Part shown: in pieces, positions 49,795 to 62,688 of the stretch | Numbering within the stretch: position 1 is the stretch's first letter | Layout: each line of letters starts with the position of its first letter | From: Amoebidium appalachense | Lineage: Eukaryota > Protista > Ichthyosporea | DNA length: 64,000 nucleotides | Assembly (NCBI GenBank): GCA_963693365.1 | Contig: CAVNZM010000015.1 | Span: forward strand, 2,232,001 to 2,296,000 | Direction: 5' to 3' | Notes under the pieces: model-generated | What the model was told of the DNA's origin: nothing | Database searches by the model: none | What the model saw: only the letters and a program-made list of their open reading frames with translations | Translations under genes and position numbers: made by a program

Positions 49795-51072
49795 CTTATT
49801 AATATGGGTTTGCAACTAACCACCTGCATTGAAACTGTCTATTTAATTATTATTCCAGTCACATTGATTTACGGGGGGTCTGATCACAATAGGGAGGTAG
49901 TGGCGTTTGTTTGTAGGAAAAGTGAGCCTCGATTATGGTTGGATACAAAACTTTATGGGAGCGCGGTAAATAACCTTAAACCGGGTAGGTGGTGGCGTTC
50001 GCGGAATCCCAAACCAGCAATATTAGCAGCAATCGCTATGTATACTAAATGTGAAGTGGGCCAACAATATGTTTGATGCCCCAATAAATATCCCCACGTT
50101 AAGGTGTTTGCCCCATCTTGGCCTGCCAGGCTGCCAGCTGAGCCTGTCTGGCTCACGGTCATCGCAGGGCTGAGAGGGGTGCAAATTTTTAGTCACCGGA
50201 CAGATGATCGACAGTTCAACATTTTTCTACAGTGTACATACTCGGAGGCATCCCAAAGTGTTATGGTACTGGCGAAGTCCAAGATCTCAGCTCAGAGGAG
50301 TGCAATCGCAGTTAGTTGGAGCGCAACAATTGGCTCAATCGTTAGCATTCCAACAAATCACAAATGTAAAATTAACACATTGATGAGCCAGATCTGCACA
50401 TCAGAATTAAACCAATCATCAAACGTCATTGCTCTTTTGCTCTAGTTCAAAAAGGCGTTTAGATTGATTAAAATTATAGATAATCTAATTCAATTGGTGC
50501 GGTGCATCGACAAAAAGTCTGACGTCACATTCCTATTCAGAAATCAAGCAATATGATTGGTGCGGGGGCTCGACGAAAATCCCGGCTAGACTAGTGCTGC
50601 CATGGGCTTTGTCAACAACAGTGTAACGAAGAGTGTAACCAGTTGTCCTTGCAATTGTCAACAGTGTAACGTGGTTCACCAAATAATGAAGTTACTTTAC
50701 ATACTCATAAAGGTTTGCATTGAGAGAAGCAGTGAATAAAGCTACCTTGAAACAGGTAGTGTGCTCGCCAAGGGACAACAGAGAAAGCCCAAGGTGTATA
50801 ACTTACATATTCCTTGAGCGCTGCGCTGCGTTCACCAAATGCAAGCTTGCAGCCGACGGCCAGTCGTCGGCCACACAGGCGTGGTTGGTAGCTAAACATC
50901 GTTTAGACCTGGCCGTGCTTGTCGTTGTACTGAGCGCCAGGCCTGTCCAGGTTGCAGCAGCAGCTGCTGGGGGGGCTCTGTTTATTCTCTGGCTTTCTTG
51001 ACAGCAGATAAGAAGGCTCCATATCAACTGTTCCTGGTCAGAGATCCTATCATAGCTCTCACACACTCACAG

Positions 51073-51243
<171 letters not shown>

Positions 51244-51753
51244 CACACACCTCACAGGCACATAAACGCTGTACCCACACACACCGAGGCACACAAACTC
51301 ACAAGCAAGTGCAAATGCCTTTTCTAATCTACATACACCACTTGTACAAGTGAAAAGAACTTCGCAAACAAAAAGATCAGGTGCCGCTTGAAATACGCGC
51401 ACCGCGCACTCACGTCCACGTACATACACACAAGGTATTGAAAGCCGGCATACCTCAGGTGTCTTCGGCTACACAGCCGCAGACACACACACCGGCGGCA
51501 AGTCGTCTGCAGCCAAAGGGTGTGCAGCCAGATTGGGGCCCAGGTGGCACATGCTGGCCGTCCGGGCCATGTGTGATCTGTGGCAGGGCCACAGTCTTAC
51601 AGCCCTGCTGCGTGCTCTCGGGAGCCAAAGGGCCTTGGAGTCCTGCCTTGTCGACACACCAACTCGGAGGCGGCCTCTAACACAATAGCAGTTTGTTTAA
51701 AAGGCGTGTTTCAAGCTGCACTATGAAAGCACTTGCTCGAGATCTATTCAACC

Positions 51754-51803
<50 letters not shown>

Positions 51804-51833
51804 ACAAAAAAAAAAAAAAAAAAAAAAAACCGA

Positions 51834-51925
<92 letters not shown>

Positions 51926-52814
51926 TATGAATAGGTGCCCCCTGCATGCACTTACTTTGTCACAACCTGCATAGCTGCTTGGTTGTGTATGCCGCCTCCT
52001 TCCTTTTTTGTCACCACAACAGGCTACATGGAATGCCTAAATATATTGCATATGACTATGTTTTATTAGGGCCACCATCCACAGTCTCGGCCACTGCACC
52101 GTCTTTTCTCCGTGCAGGCCAGGCCCGTCAGTCTCTGTCTCCGTACCTAGCTCACAGTGGCCACTGAGACCTCCTCCCTTCCCTCTCCCCCTCCCCCCCA
52201 GGCTCTTTCACTCTCTCTGCCCCCTCCCCCCCCCAAACAACCAAAACTACCACCACCACCCCTTCCTTCCTGATCCCCCGCCATGCTACTTGGCCCTGGC
52301 TTGGGCAGGCAGCACTCACCTTGCCTCGGCACACACCCGATGCTGGCGTGGGCTTGACAGGTTGGCGAAAAGGGTGGTGTTGACATAAAAATCTGACCTT
52401 GGGGTGCAAAAACAAAGAACCAACAAGAGCCAGTGACAGAGGTTCGCGTGTGCCTCCAAGGGCCATGCAGGTGTATTTTATTTTGTTGACGTGTGGCACT
52501 AGGGAAACAGTGTATGCAAAACTACATCGCAGCTCAGAATGCCTTTGGGGTAAGTTACGGGCCCGGCCCGGTGAAATATAATGCTCTTTATTCAGTTCAT
52601 CAGTAAAAAAACACTTGTTTCATTCGTGCTATATTCTATCCACACATAACACAGCTGTCGCAAGGTACCCTGACCATGCTTCTCTGCAAGTCACCGCCGT
52701 AGGCAAGGGGCCACGTGCACCCACACTCACCTTCCTCTCATTCCCCCCCCCCCCCTCCTCCCCCCTCCCCCCGCCCTCTCCCCCCTCCCCCTCCCCGCCC
52801 CCAAACGTAGTGTG

Positions 52815-54011
52815 CTAAGCCTTCTGCTGCTTGGCCGGGCGCTTATGTGCCGTGCGAGCCCTGTCCCTCCTGTGCACCCACACATGCTTCCTCAGCTGGC
52901 CGCTGCTGCCAAACAGCTCCGTGCAGCCCGGGTGGCTGCAGCGCACGGCCTCCTCCTTGACCACCACGTGCACCCCCTGTGCCGCCGTGTGCAGCCGCAC
53001 GTGTGCGTGCAGTATGCGGGGGGTGGGGAACGAAAACCCACAGCCGCTCACCTGGCACACGTGCAGCCCGTCCGTGGCCTCCTCCGTGCTGGACACCTCA
53101 TCGGGTGTGGCCCTGGCCCTCGCAACCTCCAGCCCAGGCCCGGTTATAGGGGTGTATGTGGCTGTGTGTGTGCCTGCCTGTGTGGCTGGGTGGTGCGCCA
53201 CTGCCGAGGCCACCGTAGCTGCGGCTGTGTGGGTGGCAGCGTGGGCCTGCAGAGCCCTGAGCTCTGTGAAGGCCAGCCCACAGCCCTTGGCGCCACACAG
53301 CACAGGCCCACCGGCCTTGAAGTGGCCCTTTGTGTGGCGGGTCAGCGCCCGGGCCAGGCTGAAGGCACGGGCACAGCCCTGGGCCGGGCACCGGAAGGGC
53401 AGGCTGTCCCTGGTGCTGTCTACCGGGGGCTCGCTGTCACTGCCACTGTCCTCACTGCTGGCCTCGCTGTCGCTGTTTGCCGCCCAGGGCAGCTGGTGCT
53501 GTGTGCGCAGGTGTGTGACCAGCCGCCCGCCCTGCTGGTAGACCGTGGCACAGCCCCCTACGGGGCAGCGCAGGGGGCCGGGGGGCCGGCCGTGGGCCTT
53601 GATGTGTTTGGCAAAGTCCCGTAGGCTGGCCGTCACGGTGGGGCAGCTCGCGTGCGGGCAGAGCAGCTGCGGGGGCTGGGCCGGGGCGGGCGGGGTGGGC
53701 TGCTCGTCTGCGCGGGCCCACTCGAGGAAGCCGCGCAGCATGGCCAGGTGCTGCAGCCGCTGGTCGTAGTCCCCCAGCGCGCCCCACCCCCCTGCCCCCA
53801 GTGCGTGCAGCTCGCTGAGCCGTCGGTCGTGCTCGCGCTGCAGCCGCGCAGAGTCATGTCGCAGGGCACAGTGCGTGGCCAGGTGCCCAGCCCCCGAGCA
53901 CAGTGGGCAGCGCGGCCAGGTCCCCTCCAGGCCCCCCAGCCCCCGACCCAGCGGCGCCGCACCTCCCAACACACCCGGAGGCATACGCGGAAACAGCGCG
54001 TGGCCGGCCAT
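52815..54011 (-). CDS. Intronless 398-aa protein: CCHC zinc knuckle + six C2H2 fingers
   Basis: Uninterrupted ORF with GCCGCCATGG start context. CPLCSGAGHLATHC (CX2CX4HX4C), then six C-x4-C-x12-H-x3/4-H fingers in three pairs. Confidence 0.88.
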   Translation of the reverse strand: MAGHALFPRMPPGVLGGAAPLGRGLGGLEGTWPRCPLCSGAGHLATHCALRHDSARLQREHDRRLSELHALGAGGWGALGDYDQRLQHLAMLRGFLEWARADEQPTPPAPAQPPQLLCPHASCPTVTASLRDFAKHIKAHGRPPGPLRCPVGGCATVYQQGGRLVTHLRTQHQLPWAANSDSEASSEDSGSDSEPPVDSTRDSLPFRCPAQGCARAFSLARALTRHTKGHFKAGGPVLCGAKGCGLAFTELRALQAHAATHTAAATVASAVAHHPATQAGTHTATYTPITGPGLEVARARATPDEVSSTEEATDGLHVCQVSGCGFSFPTPRILHAHVRLHTAAQGVHVVVKEEAVRCSHPGCTELFGSSGQLRKHVWVHRRDRARTAHKRPAKQQKA

Positions 54012-54279
54012 GGCGGCCCGGCTGGAAGCTTGCTTGTAACTAACTGAGTTTTCTAAGCACTATACATAGTAAACTGCGTGCACTCCCCACACAAAAGTAA
54101 AGACACGCACACAAGACGGCTCCTGTGTGCAGCGCCGTGGTGGTGATCGGGGGGCCTGGCTTGATCACAGGCTTCCACAGCTCGAGTTGATCGCACAGCA
54201 CATCCGGATCCGCCCTTAGTTCCCTGTCTCCACACTGTGCTTGTGCGGTGCGGCGCGTGCCACAGCACGCACACCCACC

Positions 54280-54920
54280 ATGGCGCCCAGGAAGAAGGTA
54301 GCCCACTGCGAGTGTCTGCTAGGCATGCACTCATGCTCTCCCGACCCCCGCCCTTGCCCTCTGACCTGGCCTCTCCCTTACTACCTCATTCCCTCCTTGG
54401 GGCTCCACTCCCCTCCCCCCTCCCCTTCCTCCCCCCGCCCCCACCCCCCTCCCCCCCTCCCACACCCCCACCCCCTACCCCCTCCCCCCAGAAGCCCCGG
54501 CTTGACTTGCGTCCGTAACTTCACCCGTGTGTCTTTTCTTGGTACCCTTGTAGCGTCTGTACCTGTTGTTCTCCTTTTTTGGGTTGCTCCCCACGTGGCC
54601 GTGCTTGACCGTTGAGCCAACACTATGCATCGTGGCGGTGCCACACCGGCACACAGGGCTCAGGGCCCGCGCCGTGGCAGTGCACCGTGACACACTGGCT
54701 GCTGCTGATCCTTTGCTGCACAGGCACCTCTATATGACCCCCCACCGTGGGTGGCACCCCCACCAGCCGTCTACGTGCAGGCACAGGCAGAGGCCCCACT
54801 GCAGGCAGAGGTGGCCCAGCTGAGGGGGGCCGTCCAGGACACCTATGCCACGTTCAAGGTGCAGCCACACACAGCCACATACGCACAGCCACACACACAC
54901 ACACACTCTCACACACACGC

Positions 54921-54974
<54 letters not shown>

Positions 54975-55847
54975 GCGTGTGTGCGCGCGCACGCACACAA
55001 ACAGATAAACACATAACCACATACACATACACACAGCCACATATACATACACACAGCTACACATCATATGCACATACACACAGCGACACATACATACACA
55101 CAGCCACACATCATGATTCACATAAACACAACCACACAGCCACACAGCCCCGCCTACACACACCTACACAAATATACAGAAGGTTTGGAGACTTCGCAAG
55201 GATACGGGTGTTCGTGGGTGTGAGGCATCTCTGTAGGTGGTTGCACACACTGTTAAATGAGCACACGCCTTTTAACACCACACACATACACAGGCGCACA
55301 CAGGCACTATGGGGGGGTGGGGGGAAGGGGTAGGGATTAATAGAGAGGGAGAGAGAGAGGGGGGGTAGGGGGGAGGGCCGGGGGGAGAGAGAGAGAGAGA
55401 GAAAAGAGAGAGAGAGACGGGCAGTAAGCAGGGGGCAGAGGGGGGCCCGGGGGAGGGGAGGGGGAGGGGGGGGGGGGGGGGGGAGGGTAGGGCGGCCTGG
55501 GGAGATCTACAAGGACAGGCAGATAGCTTGGTGCTGTATTCTGACCGTTGCTGCAGCAAACAAACGGTGCCGGGGCGGAGCAGCTGGAGCAGGCTGCACG
55601 GGCACTGTGGAATGTCCGCCAAATAGTGGCTGGTGCGTGACCCTCTCCCCCCCTCTCCCTCTCTTCTCCCCTCCCCCCCTCTCTCCTGCCTGCCAGGTGT
55701 CTGACCACACACCCACAGACCTGCGGCAACGCTGTGCCAGCGGCCAACACGAGGTGCTGCCCGGAGCTGTTTACGTCACAGCTGCAATCTGCACGGGTGC
55801 CCTGCTGGCCTCACGCAGTATGTGCGCCCCATGGGGGAGGGGAGGGG

Positions 55848-55892
<45 letters not shown>

Positions 55893-56023
55893 TCAAGGTG
55901 CTGACGGGTATTCACAGGGCCTGGCTATGTGCGGCGGCTGCTGTACCCTACCGTGTCTCTAGTGGCTGCAGGGGGTCTGTTCTATCCCACAATCACAAAG
56001 CAGGTGCGGGCCTGGGGGTGCTG

Positions 56024-56068
<45 letters not shown>

Positions 56069-57029
56069 CTGGGTGGGTGGTGCTGGTGGTGGAGGGGCTG
56101 ACGGTGGGGACAGGCGTATGTGGAGCTGTATGGGGCAGTCACGGCAGTGGACTGGCAGGGTGGCGCCAGGCAGGCCTGGCAGCTGGCCAGCACCACAGCA
56201 GAGAGGATGAGGCCCGAGAAGGTGCGTAGAAGCATGTGTGGGGGTGTTGGGGGGGGTGGGGGGGTAGGTGGCTTGAGGTTGGCTGCTAGCAGAGCACACA
56301 ACATTGCTTTTTTGTTGCTGGCTTTCATTGGTACAAGTGTGAAACTGAGCCTGGGCCCATGCAGCCGGTGCCTGAACCCCCTGCCCCGGTCGAGGCTGCC
56401 ACGGCCAATCCGGCACCCCTGGAGGCTGCAGCACCGCCCAGTGAGTCAGAGGGCCTGGTGGATGTGGTCACAGGGCCAAGCACAGAGCATGCAGCTGGAG
56501 CCAGTGGGCCAAAGGACAGCCAGGGGGCTGAGGGGACAGGGCTGGAGGGGGTGGATATGGATGTGCACGACCATGGCAGCAGCCAGGCAGAGCAGGTGGC
56601 ACACGAGGGTGGGCATGTGGCCCTGCCTGCGGAGGACACGGAGGGAGAGGTGCCGGCAGCAGAGGGGACAGAAGCGCCGGCACCAGAGAAGGTGGAGGTG
56701 GAGATGCCGGCGGCAGTGGATGTGGAGGTGCCGGCATCAGCAGAGGTGCCAGAGGTGCCGGCCCCGGAGAAGGTGGATGTGCCGGCAGTGGAGGTGCCGG
56801 CAGTGGAAGTGCCGGCAGAAAAGGTGGCGGAGGTGCCGGCAGCAGAGAGGGTGGATGTCCCGGCACCACCAGAGGGGGTGGGGGATGAGAGCATTGAGAC
56901 GGGTGCTGTCTCTGAGGGCCTGGCACCTGTGGCAGTGCAGGAGGAAGAGGCACCCAGAGAGGGGGGCCATGAGGGGGGGCACGTGGCAGGCACCGTGGAA
57001 GATGTGGCCCTGCAGGGGGAGACACAGGT

Positions 57030-57060
<31 letters not shown>

Positions 57061-57304
57061 AGAGGCCAGGAGGAGGGGGAGAGGATTTGGCTGTGCATGG
57101 CTGTAGGTGGCTGGCATGGGTGGATGAATGGTTATGTGATCGAATGCCGGTTGGGCAGATGTAATTAGGACTGTGTGGGCATGGCCGGTTCGGGGTGGAC
57201 TTGTTCATTGTTCACCCGCCGGGGGGGGTGATTGTGGCTGTGTGTGTGTTGGAGGGAGGGGGGGAGGGGGAGGGGGAGGGGGAGGGGGGGGGGGGGGGGG
57301 GGAG

Positions 57305-57339
<35 letters not shown>

Positions 57340-58632
57340 CCAGATATCCATGTGAACCTGGGTGTGGGTGTTTGTGGATGGCAGTATGTGTCTGCCTGCA
57401 CGGACGGTGTGCATGCATGGCTTGTGGGGGCGTGTGCCAAGTGCGGTGCATAGTTGCTTACTGGGGGTGCCTGGGCAGGTTGCTGCCCATGACTACACCC
57501 AGGCCCCTGCTGTGGTCGTCCTACGGGTAAGTCCCCTCCCCCTCCCCCCCCCCCCCCCCCCCCCCCCCGGCGCCCTCCCCCTCCCCCCCCCACGTGGGCC
57601 CACAAAAAAGAAAAGGAAAAAAAAAAAAAGAAAGGAAGGAAGAAGAAAAAGAAGAAACGGAAGGAAACGAAAAATGAAAAGAGGAAACACATGAAATTGG
57701 ACGACGACAGATACACGCAGCCTCCCCTCCTCCGGCGTGCAGTGCAAAAGAACACACACACACCAGTCAACCAACCCCTTTCGGTCTGACACAGGCCAGC
57801 CAATTCACTTGGGAGCAGAGGCATGAAACACTGTCACATTGTTGGTTGACTTCCCCCTGCTGGCACGAAAGATCGTAGACGAGCATATACACAGCAAACA
57901 CACACACATGCACACACACCCTTCATCATGTGGGCCAGTTGCCAGCCCCGTTCCCCACACAAATGCATTGATTGTAGCACACACTACACATTGCTTGTAG
58001 CACACACTATACATTGCTTGTAGCACACACTATACATTGCTTGTAGCACACACTATACATTGCTTGTAGCACACACTATACATTGCTGCAGCACACACTA
58101 TACATTGCTTGTAGCACACACTATACATTGCTGCAGCACACACTATACATTGCTTGTAGCACACACTACACATTGCTTGTAGCACACACTATACATTGCT
58201 TGTAGCACACACTATACATTGCTGCAGCACACACTATACATTGCTTGTAGCACACACTATACATTGCTGCAGCACACACTATACATTGCTTGTAGCACAC
58301 ACTATACATTGCTGCAGCACACACTATACATTGCTTGTAGCACACACTATACATTGCTGCAGCACACACTATACATTGCTTGTAGCACACACTATACATT
58401 GCTGCAGCACACACTATACATTGCTTGTAGCACACACTATACATTGCTGCAGCACACACTACACATTGCTTGTAGCACACACCATACATTGCATTGCACA
58501 CACACCCTATGCCAGGTGGGTTGCTCACCTGGGGGCATGCAGGCACCTGTGGACGGGGAGGTTGTGGAGCAGGGGGGTGACCCGGGCATGTCTGACCCCC
58601 GTGACAAGCACATGTACACCACACGGGCATAG
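54280..58632 (+). CDS. APOOL: MICOS subunit MIC26/MIC27 (apolipoprotein O family) with a ~220-aa acidic insert, 9 exons
   Basis: Exons 54280-54297, 54724-54858, 55557-55632, 55719-55817, 55918-56003, 56114-56221, 56365-57027, 57479-57526, 58543-58632. Motifs: PLYD..P..VYV..L..EVAQLR; LPGAVYVTAAICTGALLASR; RRLLYP..FYP; C-terminal DPGMSDPRDKHMYTTRA, resembling the APOOL tail. Confidence 0.8.
57975..58492. repeat. 22/23-bp minisatellite with a 45-bp higher-order alternation, intronic
   Basis: GCACACACTATACATTGCTTGTA alternates with GCACACACTATACATTGCTGCA. Confidence 0.93.
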
Positions 58633-59197
58633 CATGGGTGCAGCCCACGGCCAATACATACCCAGGTGTTCCCTGCTTGATGTAGTGTATGCACAGCCGG
58701 CAGGACCACCATTATCATGAAATGGGCCGTGCTGGGTCTGGCCACATGCACCAAGATTTATTCAGCCGTGGCTTTATCACCACCACTACTAATACTAGTG
58801 GGCTATCCCATATCTGACATCATGAAACTTTAGCAGGCCATGCTGCATCTGGGCCAGCCAGAAGCACCTATAGCTATTGGCCTCCAGGGCCCATATGGTG
58901 CGAACCTAACTGCATGGCACCATGCCCTTGCACCCTCCTCTCCATATGTACACACATGCAACGGGAGCTAGACCTGCATTCGTGCGAATTGAACCGAATG
59001 TGTATTCAGTGTGCATGGCATTGTGGCTTGCGTGTATGCTTGATTGGGTGTACTCTTTCGTTGTGTGTAGTGGTGTGCATGTGTGTGTGTGTGCACGTGT
59101 GTGTGTGCGTGCGTGCGTGTGTGTGTGTGTGCCTATGGTGTGGGGTGTGTGGTGTGTGCATGCCACACCGGTCCTTCATGCATGCATACAAAAGGGC

Positions 59198-60338
59198 TCA
59201 CGAACTATCCCCCATGAGGCTTGCTGTGGCCTGTAGGGTTGAGGCCAGTGCCCCCCCGTCATCCCACTCACCCCCCCACTCCTCCTCCCCCTCCTCCGTC
59301 TCACCCCCTGCTGCTGCACGTGGTGGTGCTGGGCTGTGCACGGGGCTAGGGGGCAAACTGCCAAAGGCCAGGCCCTGTGGTTGCTGCACCTGTGTGGGGT
59401 GTGTGTGTGGCTGCATGGCCGGTGGCTGTGTGGTCTGGAGGGTGCGGCTGCGCACATTGTCCAGAAACGACTCGAAGTCATCGTCCCCCCCCAGGCCCCC
59501 CTCTCCCTCCCCGTCCAGGTCACTGTCTGACGCCCCCAACCCGGCCTCCCCCCTTGGTGCCTGTGCCTTTCTAGCGAGTGCCGCCTGCCTCTGTCTCTCA
59601 TAGAGGGCCTGCTCTTCCAGCTCCAGCCGCCTCTCCTCCTCCTCCCACTGTCTTGCCTGCTGCTCTAGTCGCTGCTCCTCCTCGGCAACCTGTAGTGCCT
59701 CTCTCAGTACCACCACCCTATTTGGCCCAGCATAGCTACAGTGGGTCACGACACACCCAGAAACATGTCACAGAGACAAGCCATGACACCACGAGCGCAC
59801 ATGCATGGGGCTAATTTGGGCTGCACACCCTTATGCACATAACATAGACTAAGGAGTGCACGAGACCACAGAGTTGTGCGCCTACACACCCACAAGCAGG
59901 AAGCCGTGTATGCATATCCTTCTGGATGCACACCAAAACACACCCTAACCCATCCAGGAGCATACACCAGAAATTTAAAGCGGGTTTCTCTTAACTTTCC
60001 GGGTCGGGTTGGGTCAGAGGGATTTCTAGCGATGTGATTGGCATGCTGCGCACCATCGTTGGGCCGGAAGAATGTTACAGATGCGCCAAAATAAAACAAA
60101 AAGACAAAAGAAAAGAGAGAAAAAAGAAGGAAAGAAGGGGAAAATAATAATCAAGCGTCAGGAAGTAGATTGCAGCTCCAGAATTGATTTATATGCTGAG
60201 CAATTGGCTTGACCCGGATGTGCTTGAAAGGGGACAAATAATCGGCCTTAAAGAAACCCCCTTTAAGCCACACACCGTCCAAAAAGGCACACGTGCACGT
60301 ATACGCCTACTTAACACATACAGGCACACGCACGCACG

Positions 60339-60379
<41 letters not shown>

Positions 60380-60477
60380 CGGACACACACACACACATAC
60401 ACTACGGCACACACACACACAAAAAAAAAACAATAAAATAATAATAAAAAAACCTCACCCATACAGGCACATGCACG

Positions 60478-60518
<41 letters not shown>

Positions 60519-60994
60519 CGGACACACACACACACACATACACTACGGCACACACACACAAAAAAAAAAATAATAAAATAATTTTAAAGGTGTGCATATC
60601 CACGAACTCACGTCCCAAAGCCAGAAGAACATGCACATTAAAGGCTGTTGAACGTCCACATGGCTACTTGTTCTTCGGGCCCACCACCAGGTGCACCAAG
60701 CTCTTCCCACAGCAAAACACACACATAATGTCAGGCAGTAGGGCAGCTTACACACAGGCATCCTGCCAGCCTGGCACGCCCAACCCACCACACACGCACC
60801 TGCTGCATCTTGAGCTGTGTTATGCGCTGTATCTCCTCCGCAGTCAGGGGGTTTGGGTCCCAGCTCTGGTGCTGGTCCGTGTCTGTGTCCAGCAGGGTGT
60901 CAAACTCCACGTCCTCCAAAGCCTCCACACTGCTCCCTGCTGGCTCCCCTCCCTGCCGGCACAGCCCACAACACGTCGACACGGCCCCGCCCAT
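59198..60994 (-). CDS. AP1AR: AP-1 complex-associated regulatory protein (gadkin) orthologue, 2 exons
   Basis: Exons 60994-60800 and 59689-59198. N-terminal MG..TCC acylation-type motif; VEFDTLLD; PLTAEEI; coiled coil LELEEQALYERQRQAA; DDFESFLDNVRS; acidic EW/WD motifs. The order matches my recollection of human AP1AR (IEFENLVE, PLTEEEI, LEEEALYAAQREAA, DDFESCLRNMKS, LEWED). Confidence 0.8.
60318..60582. repeat. ~140-bp tandem duplication built on (CA)n and A-tracts, AP1AR intron
   Basis: CATACAGGCAC...ACTACGGACAC...CACTACGGCAC...AATAAAATAAT occurs twice. Confidence 0.85.
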
Positions 60995-61675
60995 GGCTGC
61001 CTAGGGCCAAGCAGCCCCACTGTGCGTGCCGCTGCTGGGTGGGTGTCTGCACAGCCTGCCTGGGCCCTATGCTGCGCCGAGCTGCGTGCCTTGCGGGTGC
61101 CCCGGCTGTGCAGATTCGGCTGCAACGGTGGCGACACTAATATGGAGCCGCAGGGCTGAACCAACAACTATGAAGGAAAGAGTTGACGAATACTAGCCGG
61201 GACAGCGCAAAGCCCACATAACTATGAAGGTAGCTCTTGTGCTTCCAAGCAAAAAAAAAGGGGGGAGCCGTCGACGGCTGTTTTTTCCTTCCCGTTTTTC
61301 TCTTTTTTTCGTTCTGCTGAAGCGCTTCAGTCATGAGTCAGCGACTCAGCAGTGTGTAGTCTACACTATCCCACTTTTTAAAGTTGCTAAGAGCGTATAT
61401 CTGGCGACTGATGAACAATGCTCTGACGTCACTACATCAGACTTGAAACCTCGGGAGTTAAAAGGCTGGGATGCGGCGGTTGGGTCGTGAGGCAGCTGGC
61501 CCATGGCCAAGGCTTGAACTTACTTCCAGGGGCTACTGCAAAATAAAAGTAGAGGTGTGGCCTCAGCACACAGCCTGGACGTGCTTTGCACACGGCCACT
61601 ACAGCATTCACCTCTGCTTTACTGTGGGCACCCAGGGCGTGTGCTGGGCCCTGCACGGGCACACGTGCAGTCACC
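60995..61675. promoter_or_regulatory. Probable bidirectional promoter between AP1AR and the glomulin-like gene
   Basis: 681 bp between divergent ATGs; free of microsatellites and CpG-retaining. ATGAGTCAGCGAC at 61333-61345 and a CRE TGACGTCA at 61424-61431. Confidence 0.5.
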
Positions 61676-62395
61676 ATGGCTGGCCCGGTGGAGGCTGCAC
61701 TGGCCCCCCTGCGCACCACCCTGGCAGCTATGGCACGTGCTTCCCTCCCCCTGCCTACCTGCCTGCCCCCCACCCAGTGCATTCCCCCGTGCCTCTGTCT
61801 GGCACGTGCTCTTCAAAGCTCTGCCCCGCTTTTGCACAGTCACACAGGCCATAGCTGACGGTTGCTGTGGGGCTGCAGGCTGAGCCCAGCGATGTAACCC
61901 ATGTGTTCTTGGAGGGTGTGGCCGGGCTGCAGGGGGCAGACGTTGAGGACTATGTGAGGGCCTGCTGCATTATGCTGGAGGACCCAGACCCCTATGTGTG
62001 TGCGCCCTTACAGCTTGGTCGGGTCCTGGGGTGTTCGTAGTTGTATGCCTTCCTCCGGGGGGGCAGGGAGGGGGGAGGGGGGGGGGGGGGGGGGGAGGGA
62101 GGGAGGGAGGGAGGGAAGGCTTTATTCGCTGGTTCAACATTGTTGAATGATGAGGCGATAGGCCTGGAAGGGCGATGTGACGGAGTGCAGGGGAGATCTT
62201 GCAGATCTGAGATGGGGCTGGATGTTGAATGGCACGGTAGGGATATTGTGGCCAATGGCTGGTGGGTATGTGGGTGCTGAGGGGATGGCCAGGTGGCACT
62301 GGTGGATGCAGCCATGGACCTGACGGCTGCCGCCTGCAGCCGTGTGGCCACACAGCCCAGCCCCTGCTGGCTGGCCCTGCTGCAGGTGGGGGCAA

Positions 62396-62436
<41 letters not shown>

Positions 62437-62623
62437 GGGTGTAATGGACAGGCACTGAGTTGCGGGGCCAGATGCTTAGCCGGGTGGGGCATGCCCGGGA
62501 GGTATACATGGGGCTTGTGGAGGGCCTGGAGGCCACACTGCACAGTGACAGCCCCCACCATGCTTGGCTGCTGCTGCCTGCCCTGGCTGCTGGTGGGTGA
62601 GCCAGCCACCCGCGGGGCGGGGG

Positions 62624-62688
<65 letters not shown>

